Assembly (NCBI GenBank): GCA_051362555.1
Contig: JBPQGU010000016.1
Coordinates: 1,426,001-1,490,000, forward strand
Source: Lingula anatina
Lineage: Eukaryota > Animalia > Brachiopoda
Length of the DNA stretch: 64,000 nt
Direction: 5' to 3'
Below, piece after piece: positions 39,352-49,857 of the stretch. Position numbers and translations under genes: made by a program. Numbering within the stretch: position 1 is the first letter of the stretch; every line of letters begins with the position of its first letter. The notes under the pieces were generated by a model, which was not told where the DNA came from, did no database searches, and was given only the letters and a program-made list of their open reading frames with translations.

Positions 39352-42195
39352 AAATGGTCGGGATGTAGTTTGTCTTTCCAAAGGGGGCCGTAGCAATAGT
39401 CCGAAGGTTCATTGGTCCGAATATTCACTTCAGAACCTTCGGACCAATGAACCCTTGTTTAAAAAATCGATGAAAATGTTACCACTTTTCGGACCAATGA
39501 ACCTTCGGATTATCGAGACGCCCCCTTCCAAAGTATGCTGTTCCTTATGTCTAAACAATGTAACAATGTATTATGAAACGATTTTCAAACAAAACAAGCG
39601 GGCTTTGCCGAATTTCGCTCTCAACAGAGAAGTTCCTGGACATATGTCCACATACACCAATAGACTCACGTCGTACAAAATGGCCCCTTTCAGCCTGCCG
39701 CACACGCTGCCGCACTCCGTATCGCCGCGCCCCCAGCGGCACCGGACAAAATCACCCTCTGGGTCCAGCACCGGGAACTCTATGGTGGCGTCACATCCAC
39801 GGCAGACATTTATCCTGAAACCGAAAGGTAAATAGCATCACAGCTTCGGCACGTAGTCATAAAAAGAACTAAGACATTAATACACCATGAATACGCACGT
39901 CATGTACACGTACAAGCACGTACACAAAGTTAAGACAGACATGCACATGCACATGCACGCACTTTAACATACATCAACACATACAAGCACTTACACACAT
40001 GTAGGCATACATCAACGGATAAGAGGATGAACACACACACACATTCACACACGCACACATACTTGTCTATGTGTACCAACCGAGGACATCAGCACAACAC
40101 CATACAACCGAGGACATCTTATTCCTTGGTTAAATCAAAATAAAAACATTCAATTTAGGGTAAAATCTATTCGAGTATGAATGTTATAAATTAATTTTTT
40201 ATAAAAACTAATTTTTTGCTGACAAGAATTTTACATTCTAACCGAGGACACACACGGACACACACGGACAGACACTACACATTACAACCGAGGACATGCA
40301 TGCATCTACATGTAATAATGATTGTACTTTTAATGCAAAGCAAATTTTATATAGCGTTACTTTGCAGCAATTCACATTTTTATGAAATTCTTTCATATTT
40401 AAGGTAAATTCCAAAATAACACCAGAGGTGATGATTAAATGAACAGTTATACAATATTTAATGCTGGGCTTTGCCACTTTTTTAGAATTGAAGATTATGA
40501 GATAAAACATCAATTAATTTAGGAAAAGAAAGGATACTGATGAAATAAAATAAAAGACCAAAGAAATTCATTTTCAAACATTTTATTTTCATAATGCTTA
40601 TTTTCTATTTAGCACTCTTTTATTATCATAAATTTTATATTTTGATAACACAAAGTGTCGTCCATTGGATACAGACTTGCACAGTACACAATTTTACAAT
40701 TGAGGACATCATGCCAGCAGCACCCAAAATTGTGCTTTCTTCCAATTTGATGCAATATTATATAATGCTTAACAGCATAATGATCATCAATTTTTTATAA
40801 TAAAATATTAGTATCATGAATATTCAGAAAATGTGACTAGCAAAGGTTTTCAGGTTCATGGAACTCCAAAGTCATACTTTGAAAATGCTAAATGTATACA
40901 AGAGAGCACTGTACTGAAATGGGTTTCTTTCCACTTTTTTACATAAAATAATACAGTTTACTGCCATTTCACATGATCAACTAAGAAAATTGTTGAGATG
41001 GCAAAAATATCAATATAACAAGTTTAAATGTCCAATTTCCTCCATTCCGAACATTGTGAATGATTGAATCTGACAAACTACAATGATACGAGTTCATTTC
41101 CATTTTGGCACTTTTTTTACACAATACAAGATAACAGGTTTACCACCATTTTTATATAATCAACTAGCAATATTGTCAAGACGCAGAAATTGTCAAACAA
41201 CCCATTTTACATATCTAGTAAATTCAATAATGAGACTGTTTACATGCCTGACAATCAAATCTGAGGAAAACCACTTATATACAAATAAAAGCTGAAGTCC
41301 CTCAAAACTCAACCAATCAATCTTATTTTTAAATTTGATTTGTATATAGATAACATTGATCACTCTTGTGAGTTTAATGACAACAGGCCTATCGGTTCTC
41401 CCTGAAATGTGCTTACAGTGTTACTAATATGCTTTTACTAATAATCATCAGTTCTGTGAGTTTCATGAAAACAGGCTTTAAGTTATTAGTTCTCCCTGAA
41501 ATGTGCTTACAGTGTTACATATATGCTGAAAAAAAAAAAAAAAAAAACAAAAAAAAAAAAAAAACGCATAAAATTTGAAAGAAAAGGGCCTGGTCTTGCT
41601 GATTTTCAATCTTGACCATTCTTTTACTAATAATCATCAGTTCTGTGAGTTTCATGAAAACAGGCTTATTGGTTCTCCTTGAAATATGTTAACAGTGTTG
41701 CATGTACACTGAAAAAAGGAGAAAAAAATGCAAAACTTTTGAAAATAATCACCCCATTTCCTCCATTTTGAGACACTGTATTACACAGTACATGATAACA
41801 TGTTTACCGTCATATTTATATAATCAACTAGCAATGTTGTAAAGATGCAGACAATTTCAGAGAAACACTAACATATTTACATATCTAGTTAATTCAATAA
41901 TGAGACTGTTTACATGCCTGACAATCAAATCTGAGGAAAACCACTTATATACAAATAAAAGCTGAAGTCCCTCAAAACTCAACCAATCAATCTTATTTTT
42001 AAATTTGATTTGTATATAGATAACATTGATCACTCTTGTGAGTTTAATGACGACAGGCCTATCGGTTCTCCCTGAAATGTGCTTACAGTGTTACTAATAT
42101 GCTTTTACTAATAATCATCAGTTCTGTGAGTTTCATGAAAACAGGCTTTAAGTTATTGGTTCTCCCTGAAATGTGCTTACAGTGTTACATATATG

Positions 42196-42247
<52 letters not shown>

Positions 42248-45200
42248 AGCATAAAATTTGAAAGAAAAGGGCCTGGTCATGCTGATTTTCAATCTTGACC
42301 ATTCTTTTACTAATAATCATCAGTTCTGTGAGTTTCATGAAAACAGGCTTATTGGTTCTCCTTGAAATGTGCTTACAGTGTTACATATATGCTGAAAAAA
42401 AACCAGCATAACATTTGAAAGAAAAGGGCCTGGTCATGCTGATTTTCAATCTTGATCATTCTTTTTAATTTACTAATAATCATCAGTTCTCTAAGTTTCA
42501 TGAAAACAGGCCTATTGGTTCTCCTTGAAGTGTGTTTACAGTGTTGCATGTACACTGAAAAAAGGAGAAAAAAAAAAGCAAAACTTTTGAAAATAATCAC
42601 CCCATTTCCTCCATTTTGAGACACTGTATTACACAGTACATGATAACATGTTTACCGTCATATTTATATAATCAACTAGCAATGTTGTAAAGATGCAGAA
42701 AATTTCAGACAAACACTAACATATTTACATATCTAGTTAGTTCAATAACGAAACTGTCAACATGCCTGACAATCAAATCTGAGGAAAACCACTTATATAC
42801 AAATAAAAGCTGAAGTCCCTCAAAACTCAACCAATCAATCTTATTTTTAAACTTGATTTGTATATAGATAACATTGATTACTCCTGTGAGTTTCATGAAA
42901 ACAGGCTTATTGGTTCTCCCTGAAATGTGCTTACAGTGTTACTTATATGCTGAAAAAAAAAAACAGCATAACATTTGAAAGAAAAGGGCCTGGTCATGCT
43001 GATTTCCAATCTTGACCATTCTTTTACTTATAATCATCAGTTCTGTGAGTTTTATGAAAAGAGGCCTATTGGTTCTCCTTGAAATGTGTTTACAGTGTTG
43101 CATGTACAATGAAAAAAGGAGAAAAAATGCAAAACTTTTGAAAATAATCACCCAATTGCCTCCATTTTGAGACACTGTATTACACAGTACATGATAACAT
43201 GTTTACCGTCATATTTATATAATCAACTAGCAATGTTGTAAAGATGCAGAAAATTTCAGACAAACACTAACATATTTACATATCTAGTTAGTTCAATAAC
43301 GAAACTGTCAACATGCCTGACAATCAAATCTGAGGAAAACCACTTATATACAAATAAAAGCTGAAGTCCCTCAAAACTCAACCAATCAATCTTATTTTTA
43401 AACTTGATTTGTATATAGATAACATTGATTACTCCTGTGAGTTTCATGAAAACAGGCTTATTGGTTCTCCCTGAAATGTGCTTACAGTGTTACTTATATG
43501 CTGAAAAAAAAAAACAGCATAACATTTGAAAGAAAAGGGCCTGGTCATGCTGATTTCCAATCTTGACCATTCTTTTACTTATAATCATCAGTTCTGTGAG
43601 TTTTATGAAAAGAGGCCTATTGGTTCTCCTTGAAATGTGTTTACAGTGTTGCATGTACAATGAAAAAAGGAGAAAAAATGCAAAACTTTTGAAAATAATC
43701 ACCCAATTGCCTCCATTTTGAGACACTGTATTACACAGTACATGATAACATGTTTACCGTCATATTTATATAATCAACTAGCAATGTTGTAAAGATGCAG
43801 AAAATTTCAGACAAACACTAACATATTTACATATCTAGTTAGTTCAATAACGAAACTGTCAACATGCCTGACAATCAAATCTGAGGAAAACCACTTATAT
43901 ATATCAAAACAAGGCACAACTTCCACAAAACTCAACCAATCAATCCTATTTTCAAACTTGATTTGTATATTGGTAACATTGATCACTCCTGTGAGTTTAA
44001 TGACAACAGGCCTATCGGTTCTCCCTGAAATGTGCTTACAGTGTTACTTATATGCTGAAAATGGCAGAAAAAAACAGCATAACTTTTGACAAAAAATGGC
44101 CCGGATATGCCGATTTTTGATCTTGACAACCCTTTTACTAATAATCATCAGTTCTGTGAGTTTCATGACAATAGACCTATTGCTTCTCCTTGAACTGTGT
44201 TTACAGTGTTGCATGTATGCTGAAAAAAGCAAAAACAACAGCAAATTTTCTGAAAAAAAAAGCAGCCCATTATGAAGATTTTCAAACTTGACCTGCGTTT
44301 AACTAATATTCATCAGTTCTGTGAGTTTCATGAAAATAGACCTATCGGTTCTCTTTAAAATGTTGCATCGCATATAATATTATGCTGAGAAAAGGGAAAA
44401 ACAGCAACTTTGTAAAATTGGCCAGATCACACTGATTACGTTGATTGCAATTTATATAGCATTCCTTCTGAGAGAGATCGATCCATAGTTAGTACGATAG
44501 GATCTGGGAACGGTCCCTTAATCGTTTTTGCCGTGTGCATATCCGAACTGTAGGCCTATATATCAGGACGCGTAATTGTCGGGGCGTCTTTATTTTTCTT
44601 TTTTTATTTCACAAAGCGGTTCTTGCAAATGCGGTGTTTATGAATATGTGTGCTCTGTGTTAGCGACATGGACCGACAGGGGCCCATTCAAAATATAATT
44701 TCACTTCAGTTGTTAGATTTAGTATTTATTCTAGCAGCCAGGTGTATAACAAACAGGTCAGATCTACAGGTGAAAAGAAGTGACTGTAGTTCGCAGAGCC
44801 ATTATGTAATAATAAATGTTTCATAATGTCATAGCCTTCTTCAAACTGTCAGGGGTAGATTAATTCATAGTTAGCTAAGGGGCCCTTTACACTGGACGGC
44901 GTCCTTTCTGCGTCCTGTAGTACGGATCCATTTGAGAGTACAAAATTATAATACTTAACTTTCTGACAACTGGCCAATCACCAAATATTCATTTTTTTCA
45001 ACCAAAGCAATGCTTGTACCTCCTTTCTACGACCACAGTGATGCCAGTTTCTTGGTCGCACAAAGGACGCCGCCCCAGTGTAAAGGGGGTTTACGGACGA
45101 TCCATTTACCCTTTTCATTTACTCTGAGGTATCGAATAAAAGAACTGATGGAATAAAAGTACTGGATGGAAAAAATCTCAAAATTTAATAAAAGTACTGA

Positions 45201-46962
45201 TGGAATAAAAGTACTGGGTGTAAAAAATCTCGAAATTTAATAAAAGTACTGGATGGAATAAAAGTACTGGGTGGAAAAAACCTTTGCACCACTCCCCCCC
45301 ACCCCCCCCCCCCCCCAAAAAAAAAATGAAATAAATAAATAAAAGTAAAGAAGAAGAAGAGAAAGAAAAAAACTAGCTATTGATCATTGTAAAAAAAAAA
45401 TTCACCAGGTAAAATTCACTCAGTATTATAATTTATCTTAATATATATATATATATATATATATTTGCCATGAGTTAAATTTCATAATCGTCAGGGGCCG
45501 AAGACCCAGATATGTCGCACCTAAGCCGCCTCCGAGAGCCATACGGAGACGTTATTCATAGTAAATTTATTCTCAGATATAAGGTTCGTTTTGCATACCT
45601 GTAAACTCCTAAGGGTTTATCTTACATAGAAATGTGATTTAACATCGTTTAAATCATAAATCGGCATGAAATAATTGACGTTTGAAAACAGGCACAACTT
45701 CTTTGCTGCACTTGAAATGACCTCCTTAGCTATAAATATGATCCTATCACCTTGCGACATTGCATCATTCGATCGATGTACATGAGTAGTTGTCACTGTT
45801 GAAGGGAAAGCACGTCTATTTATAGGAACTGAAATCAGGTGACGCATGTACTGTTGTGTTCAGAGAGCGACTTCCGCTTGACCTACTTTCCAGTGCTGTT
45901 GGTAGAACAGTCGGTAATGAGTTGAGATCTCAATTTTCTTCTCATTATACTTCAATTTAAGAAAATAAAAAGCGTGACTTGTACTTGTGTAATTTCCCAC
46001 CGGTACAATATGTATTTAATAAACATACCGGGTGGAAGATTTTTGAAAAATTAATAAGCGTACTGGGTGAAAATGGAGCGTACCGGCGGGAAGAAATTTG
46101 GAAAATTAATTAACGTACCGGTACGTTTATTTGATACTTCAGAGTAATTCTTGCACCTTCAAAAGATTGTCGGTCCTAAGATCTACCGAGTGAGCCACAA
46201 CTTCAGACAGTTCTTCTTTATTTAAACCACTCCAAGTCAGTTGTACTAATAAAGAAGCGTGCCGTAATATGGGGGCCGTAGCGATAGTCCGAAGGTTCAA
46301 TAGTCCGAAGGTTCATTGGTCCGAATGTTCACTATAGAACCTTCGGACCAATGAACCCTTGATTAAAAAATCGATAAAAACGTTACCACTTTTCGGACCA
46401 ATGAACCTTCGGACCAATGAACCTTCGGACTATCGAGACGCCCCCGTAATATGTACAGTGCGATGATAGTTATGTAGTTACGTAACGGCCTAGGAGAGCT
46501 TAATTTGATAAAAAAGACCTTTAGTTTAAAAATATGAACTTACTGAATATATACACATCTGAGATATAACATTAGTTTCAGTTTAGTCTGCCCTTTACAG
46601 CACAACCGAGGACGCGGAATTTGGTCCGCCCTTAACAGCACAACCGAGGACGCGTGTGTATAGCCCGATTTCAGACAAAAAGTTGGACAGTATTTCTGAT
46701 ACACTCGTGGCGGGAATTTGGCCCGCGCTATACAGCATAACCGAGGACTGGCTCAGAATAGCGTCAAATTTCACCACCTAACTTGAAATGAGCCCCTTTA
46801 TGCATTCCACTGCTTATGTCAACCGAGGACGTCCTCGGTTGGAGGTGTGTCCTCGGTTAGTGGGTTTCGGGCGGGTGTGTGTCCTCGGTTAGAATGCGTG
46901 CACAAGAGCACACACACAAACAAACAAGCACACGCTGGCGCATGCGTACACACATGAACGTA

Positions 46963-46997
<35 letters not shown>

Positions 46998-47083
46998 GCA
47001 AATAAACATGTACAAGTGCAAACACAAATACACCCGCTAGCGAGCGCACACTTACACATTCACACACACGTAAGCGCGTGTAT

Positions 47084-47131
<48 letters not shown>

Positions 47132-48211
47132 GTATGCCATCAATCCATAGGACTGGGGACTGGAGTTGGGCTTGTTGACGTCACTGCGGTAGCCTAGGTT
47201 TACCTGTGTGAGGACACTGAACGCCTCTCCACCACGCTCTGTCAGACCGATCCACGCCGACCCCGTAAAACTAGAACGCACAGGCATATTCATGTCAAGT
47301 TTATAAATATTTAATTGGAGTAGTGGCGGATTTAGAGGGAGGGGGGGGGGGGGGCAGGGTGGTCCTGACCCCGACCCCCCTTCTGTTTCTGAAAAATATA
47401 TATCACACCAATATTCCCTCTTTAAATTAGAATTTTGACTAGCTAAATCATAGATTTAAACCGTACCGAAGGGCACTGTTTGCTCTCCAAAACGCACAAA
47501 AAAAAAAAAAAAAAAAAAAAACTGGGCACTTGAACAGGCCCCAAATTTTACACCAAGAGGGCGATGATTGGTTTTGCATCTGAGGCATGTAATTCCGGAT
47601 CCGTCCCCCCCTTCAAATAATCCTGGAACCGCCCCTGTGGACTGATGGTTCATTCTAGTTGACATCTAACTGAGAGAGACGCAACCTTGTCAACTATAAT
47701 AAATTATATGGCCAGTGACAGCTTTAATCAAATAATGTATGTAAAACATGACTGGATGACTATCAAACAGCACAGTAACTCGTGATTCATAATCAATATT
47801 AGTCTAAATGTATGGCCAGCTGTCGCGCTAAACTTGGACAAATAATTCATATCATTTGTCCAAGATCTAAATTAGTGAAACCAGTCTTTGTCCACCACTT
47901 ACCCGAGCACATAGCGTCCAAAGGTTTGAAAGGTGTAATCAAACGCTCTCTCGCCCTCCTCATAGTATTCTGTGGTGCTGACAGCTGTCACCGTGTACAC
48001 GTGGTTTGACAAGTGTCTGGAACGCAGACAACCTGGTCCTGGCGACGGCAGGGAAAAAAGAGGACAGAAAAAGATGACAACGATGTCAAATAAATTATTT
48101 GAATTTTTCTTGTCGATGTACGATGATAATGAGGCGCAGCTTCTGCAGGCGCTTAAGCCCCCTCTACACACGACGGCGTCCTTTCTGCGTCCTGTAGTAC
48201 GGTCCCGTTTG

Positions 48212-48273
<62 letters not shown>

Positions 48274-48535
48274 TTTCGTGCCGCCAACTGGCCGATCAAT
48301 AAGCATATAGATACCTGTGCCTCTTTTCTACGACCACTACGATGCCAATTTCATGGTCGCACAATGCATAGACGCCGCAGAAAAGACGCCGTCCAGTGTA
48401 AAAGAGGTTTGAGGCAAGTGGGTGTGGTATTCGAATGAATGGCTAAAACTGACCGGGGCAAGAGCATGTTCTCAACACGGAAGATCGTGTCATATTGGAC
48501 GAAGTAATAGATCATCTTTCGTGAAAAAATGTCAT

Positions 48536-48575
<40 letters not shown>

Positions 48576-49857
48576 CGCATGCGCAGAGCTAGTCATACCT
48601 GAGTAACACTTCCAGGATCCCATAATAAAGGTTCCCTCTTGACCAACGTGTCTGACACTGCATCGTGGACCACAGGGCCCAGTTCCCAGTCTCCACGCTG
48701 ACCGGTAGTAAAACTCAACCTAATTTGTACAGATAATGATAATAATAATTATAATTATAGCTCGTCACTTGTCTATCAAGTTATCATAATAACAATAATA
48801 ATAACATCAATAATAACAACAGAGATTTGAACTAGGCCGTTCCACTTGGACAGATCGACAACTTGATAGCCTGCCTATAATATTATGTAAGAGAGTCAAG
48901 TCCCGGTAATCGAAGCGTCCGCGATGGACACGGTCAGTTTAACTAACCAGCAGAGATCGTGCATGTGAAAGGAGCAAAACCTGCTTTAGTGAGGATCTGT
49001 CAGAGTTGGCTTATGAAACGAGTTCGAAGAGAAGCACCTTAATCATCTGCCTGTTTAGTATTTCTTAACAGCAATAACTACGATGTCGGTAGAAAGGTGG
49101 CACTTTTGGACTGGTCGCTGTAATAAGTCGACTTCCAAAAAACGATTAACCCCCTTTAAAAATAAGGTCGATATTTCCTTCTAAAAATTTAATGTTCAGG
49201 GCGTCATTGCGATCTAAGCGTTACGGGGGTCGTGCTAGTAAAACTAGATTATTTAATAAAAATTGGTTAAAAAAATCATCAAATGCAAGCGCAGTGGGGA
49301 TATGAGCAATGATTCGAGAGCAAAAGAATTCTTTCGAGGGAAATTTTGATTTGGCGGGAAAATCCTCGAATAAATTGCATTCACTTTTTCATCCCATACA
49401 GTACCTTCAGGTGGTCGTTTTTGTGGCATCTCCAGCTGATTGTAGCACCTCGGAAGTGACTCGCTGAAGAGAAGATGAAAAAAAGACATTTACTGAACGA
49501 CGCACTCGCGCAGAATCGAAACATCCACACTCATTTTAACGTTACACTCCGACAGACCCGAAAGAGTAAGAGTTTGATCTTGCGGTTTTCGTTATGGCAA
49601 TAAACTGTTCTTGATAATGGTAATCTCTTCACAAACTACTGCTACCGGCATTTGCATATGTAGATAACCCAGCTTATCAAATGGGATGTCTAAATTATTG
49701 AAACACATAGAAAACAAAGCAAAATATCGTGAATGTGTTACAGAGGTTAACATTGATTAAGTTAAAAAAAATCGGACTACAAACCATATGTGAATGCAGG
49801 TATCGCGGAGATGAGTGTTAGAGTAAAATACAAGGTGGTTGCAGACTGGTGCCACAT
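25046..49857 (-). CDS. Gene B: large secreted mosaic protein (~1383 aa): Sib/integrin-beta-like N-domain, 7x EGF, PAN/apple, 2 Cys modules, TSP1, vWA, TSP1, SUEL-type lectin
   Basis: 31 phase-consistent minus-strand exons: 49785-49857 (signal peptide [24 protein letters not shown]), 49405-49463 ([12 protein letters not shown]), 48599-48719, 47903-48032, 47130-47270, 39670-39814, 39139-39291, 38268-38404, 37684-37839, 37388-37428; EGF exons 36903-37013, 36192-36305, 35830-35952, 35371-35490, 34867-34980, 34136-34246, 33782-33892; 33395-33537, 32676-33063, 31753-31928, 31238-31407, 30830-30948, 30423-30493, 30062-30122; vWA 29346-29628, 28616-28730, 28080-28296; TSP1 27754-27906; lectin 26190-26278, 25485-25677; last 25046-25059 (IQNG*). 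Sum 4152 nt. No TM segment found. Confidence 0.85.
25485..26278 (-). other. Gene B: C-terminal SUEL/rhamnose-binding-lectin-like domain (2 exons)
   Basis: [22 protein letters not shown]|VRHVDSC...[12 protein letters not shown]...PCG...SIVVSYECC matches the SUEL pattern C...L.C....I.....CDGK..C....PC......V.Y.C. Confidence 0.65.
26139..26186. repeat. (TAA)n microsatellite
   Basis: Directly visible; abuts a splice donor of gene B. Confidence 0.95.
27121..27500. repeat. Diverged tandem duplication (~235-bp period) after a G33 run
   Basis: GGTGCTCTTTCACTTTTCA at ~27179 and ~27416; TTTTTCAGAAAA at ~27238 and ~27487. Poly-G at 27081-27113. Confidence 0.6.
27527..27701 (+). mobile_element. Palindromic MITE family H2 copy (intron of gene B)
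   Basis: GCATTC...GAATGC ends, GCCGACCCAC / GTGGGTCGGC internal arms, TTCAGTGTCTATTAGGG core. Confidence 0.65.
27754..27906 (-). other. Gene B: thrombospondin type-1 repeat exon
   Basis: [24 protein letters not shown]...[10 protein letters not shown] contains WxxW, CSxSC and RxRxC. A second, shorter TSP1 is split over 30423-30493 and 30062-30122 ([19 protein letters not shown]). Confidence 0.9.
28080..29628 (-). other. Gene B: von Willebrand factor A domain (3 exons)
   Basis: [13 protein letters not shown]...TRFGVIQVS...[17 protein letters not shown]...LAVFLSCG...[19 protein letters not shown] follows the vWA strand/helix pattern. Confidence 0.85.
30620..30758. mobile_element. CCCAGC...GCTGGG MITE (CMC/EnSpm-like), 2-bp TSD AA
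   Basis: CCCAGC / GCTGGG termini, multiple TAACGTT subterminal repeats, AA on both flanks. Confidence 0.7.
32046..32362. mobile_element. Foldback MITE with 110-bp near-perfect arms and 5-bp TSD (AATAA)
   Basis: Arms 32046-32155 and 32253-32362 are reverse complements with 2 mismatches seen. Termini CAGGCC/GGCCTG; AATAA on both flanks. Confidence 0.9.
33782..37013 (-). other. Gene B: seven EGF-like repeats (mostly Ca-binding type), one per phase 1-1 exon
   Basis: Examples: [37 protein letters not shown]; [38 protein letters not shown]; [37 protein letters not shown]. Exons are 111-123 nt with GT-AG boundaries. Confidence 0.92.
34636..34769 (+). mobile_element. CAG...CTG MITE (short copy) with 5-bp TSD (TAATA)
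   Basis: CAGTGGCGTATTTAGGGG...ACACCCTG with TAATA on both flanks. Internal sequence is shared with 47321-47637. Confidence 0.7.
39384..39524 (+). mobile_element. MULE-like MITE copy 1, near 9-bp TSD (TTTCCAAAG/CTTCCAAAG)
   Basis: GGGGCCGTAGCAATAGTCCGAAGGTTCATTGGTCCGAA ... TTCGGACCAATGAACCTTCGGATTATCGAGACGCCCC. Confidence 0.8.
41140..44400. repeat. Higher-order tandem repeat, ~551-bp unit (about 5 units) with internal ~120-bp subunits
   Basis: Anchor AATCAACTAGCAAT recurs at ~41158, 41822, 42670, 43221 and 43772. ORF-track duplicates 42705/43256 and 42939/43490 are offset by exactly 551. Subunit CTGTGAGTTTCATGAAAACAGGC varies in copy number between units. Confidence 0.92.
44879..45090 (+). 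mobile_element. MITE family H3 copy 1 (CCCTTTACACTGG TIR)
   Basis: CCCTTTACACTGG / CCAGTGTAAAGGG termini; homologous to 48156-48409. Confidence 0.75.
45120..46146. mobile_element. Tc1/mariner (pogo/Tigger-like) non-autonomous element, TA ends
   Basis: TACTCTGAGGTATCGAATAAA / TTTATTTGATACTTCAGAGTA inverted termini with repeated AATAAAAGTACTGG-type subterminal motifs at both ends. Confidence 0.7.
46272..46444 (+). mobile_element. MULE-like MITE copy 2, 9-bp TSD CGTAATATG
   Basis: Same termini as 39384-39524 with one extra 16-bp repeat (TCCGAAGGTTCA core) per arm. CGTAATATG at 46263-46271 and 46445-46453. Confidence 0.85.
47321..47637 (+). mobile_element. G-rich CAG...CTG-type MITE, near 5-bp TSD (TGGAG/TGGAC)
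   Basis: TAGTGGCGGATTTAGAGGG...GAACCGCCCCTG; homologous to 34636 and, inverted, to 51397-51675. Confidence 0.65.
48156..48409 (+). mobile_element. MITE family H3 copy 2 with internal (TA)n/poly-T expansion
   Basis: Shares GACGGCGTCCTTTCTGCGTCCTGTAGTACGG and TTTCTACGACCAC...GATGCCA blocks with 44879-45090. Confidence 0.75.

Larger units (their letters stand above)
40234..46896. mobile_element. Large non-autonomous TIR element bounded by AACCGAGGAC motif clusters, in the intron of gene B between exons 47130-47270 and 39670-39814
   Basis: 22-bp inverted repeat CATTCTAACCGAGGACACACAC (40234) / GTGTGTGTCCTCGGTTAGAATG (ends 46896). Further motif copies at 40078, 40106, 40286, 46604, 46642, 46739, 46821-46840 and 46849. 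No TSD resolved and no transposase ORF seen. Confidence 0.55.
37388..49463 (-). other. Gene B N-terminal SHFRG ('Sib / integrin beta-like protein') domain exons
   Basis: Motifs [77 protein letters not shown], followed by a beta-rich segment (YYVDISWTP...[11 protein letters not shown]). Resembles from memory the N-terminus of Dictyostelium Sib adhesion proteins and invertebrate 'integrin beta-like' proteins. Confidence 0.65.

Noticed and set aside
39311-39835. 174-aa plus-strand ORF, the longest in the track
   Set aside because: It is a chance read-through of a (GA)n tract, a MITE and the antisense strand of a gene B exon.
41140-44400. Repeat array as CRISPR or as tandem protein-coding genes (duplicated 63-aa and 78-aa ORFs)
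   Set aside because: There are no unique spacers and no cas genes, the context is a eukaryotic intron, and the ORFs are AT-rich and broken in other units.
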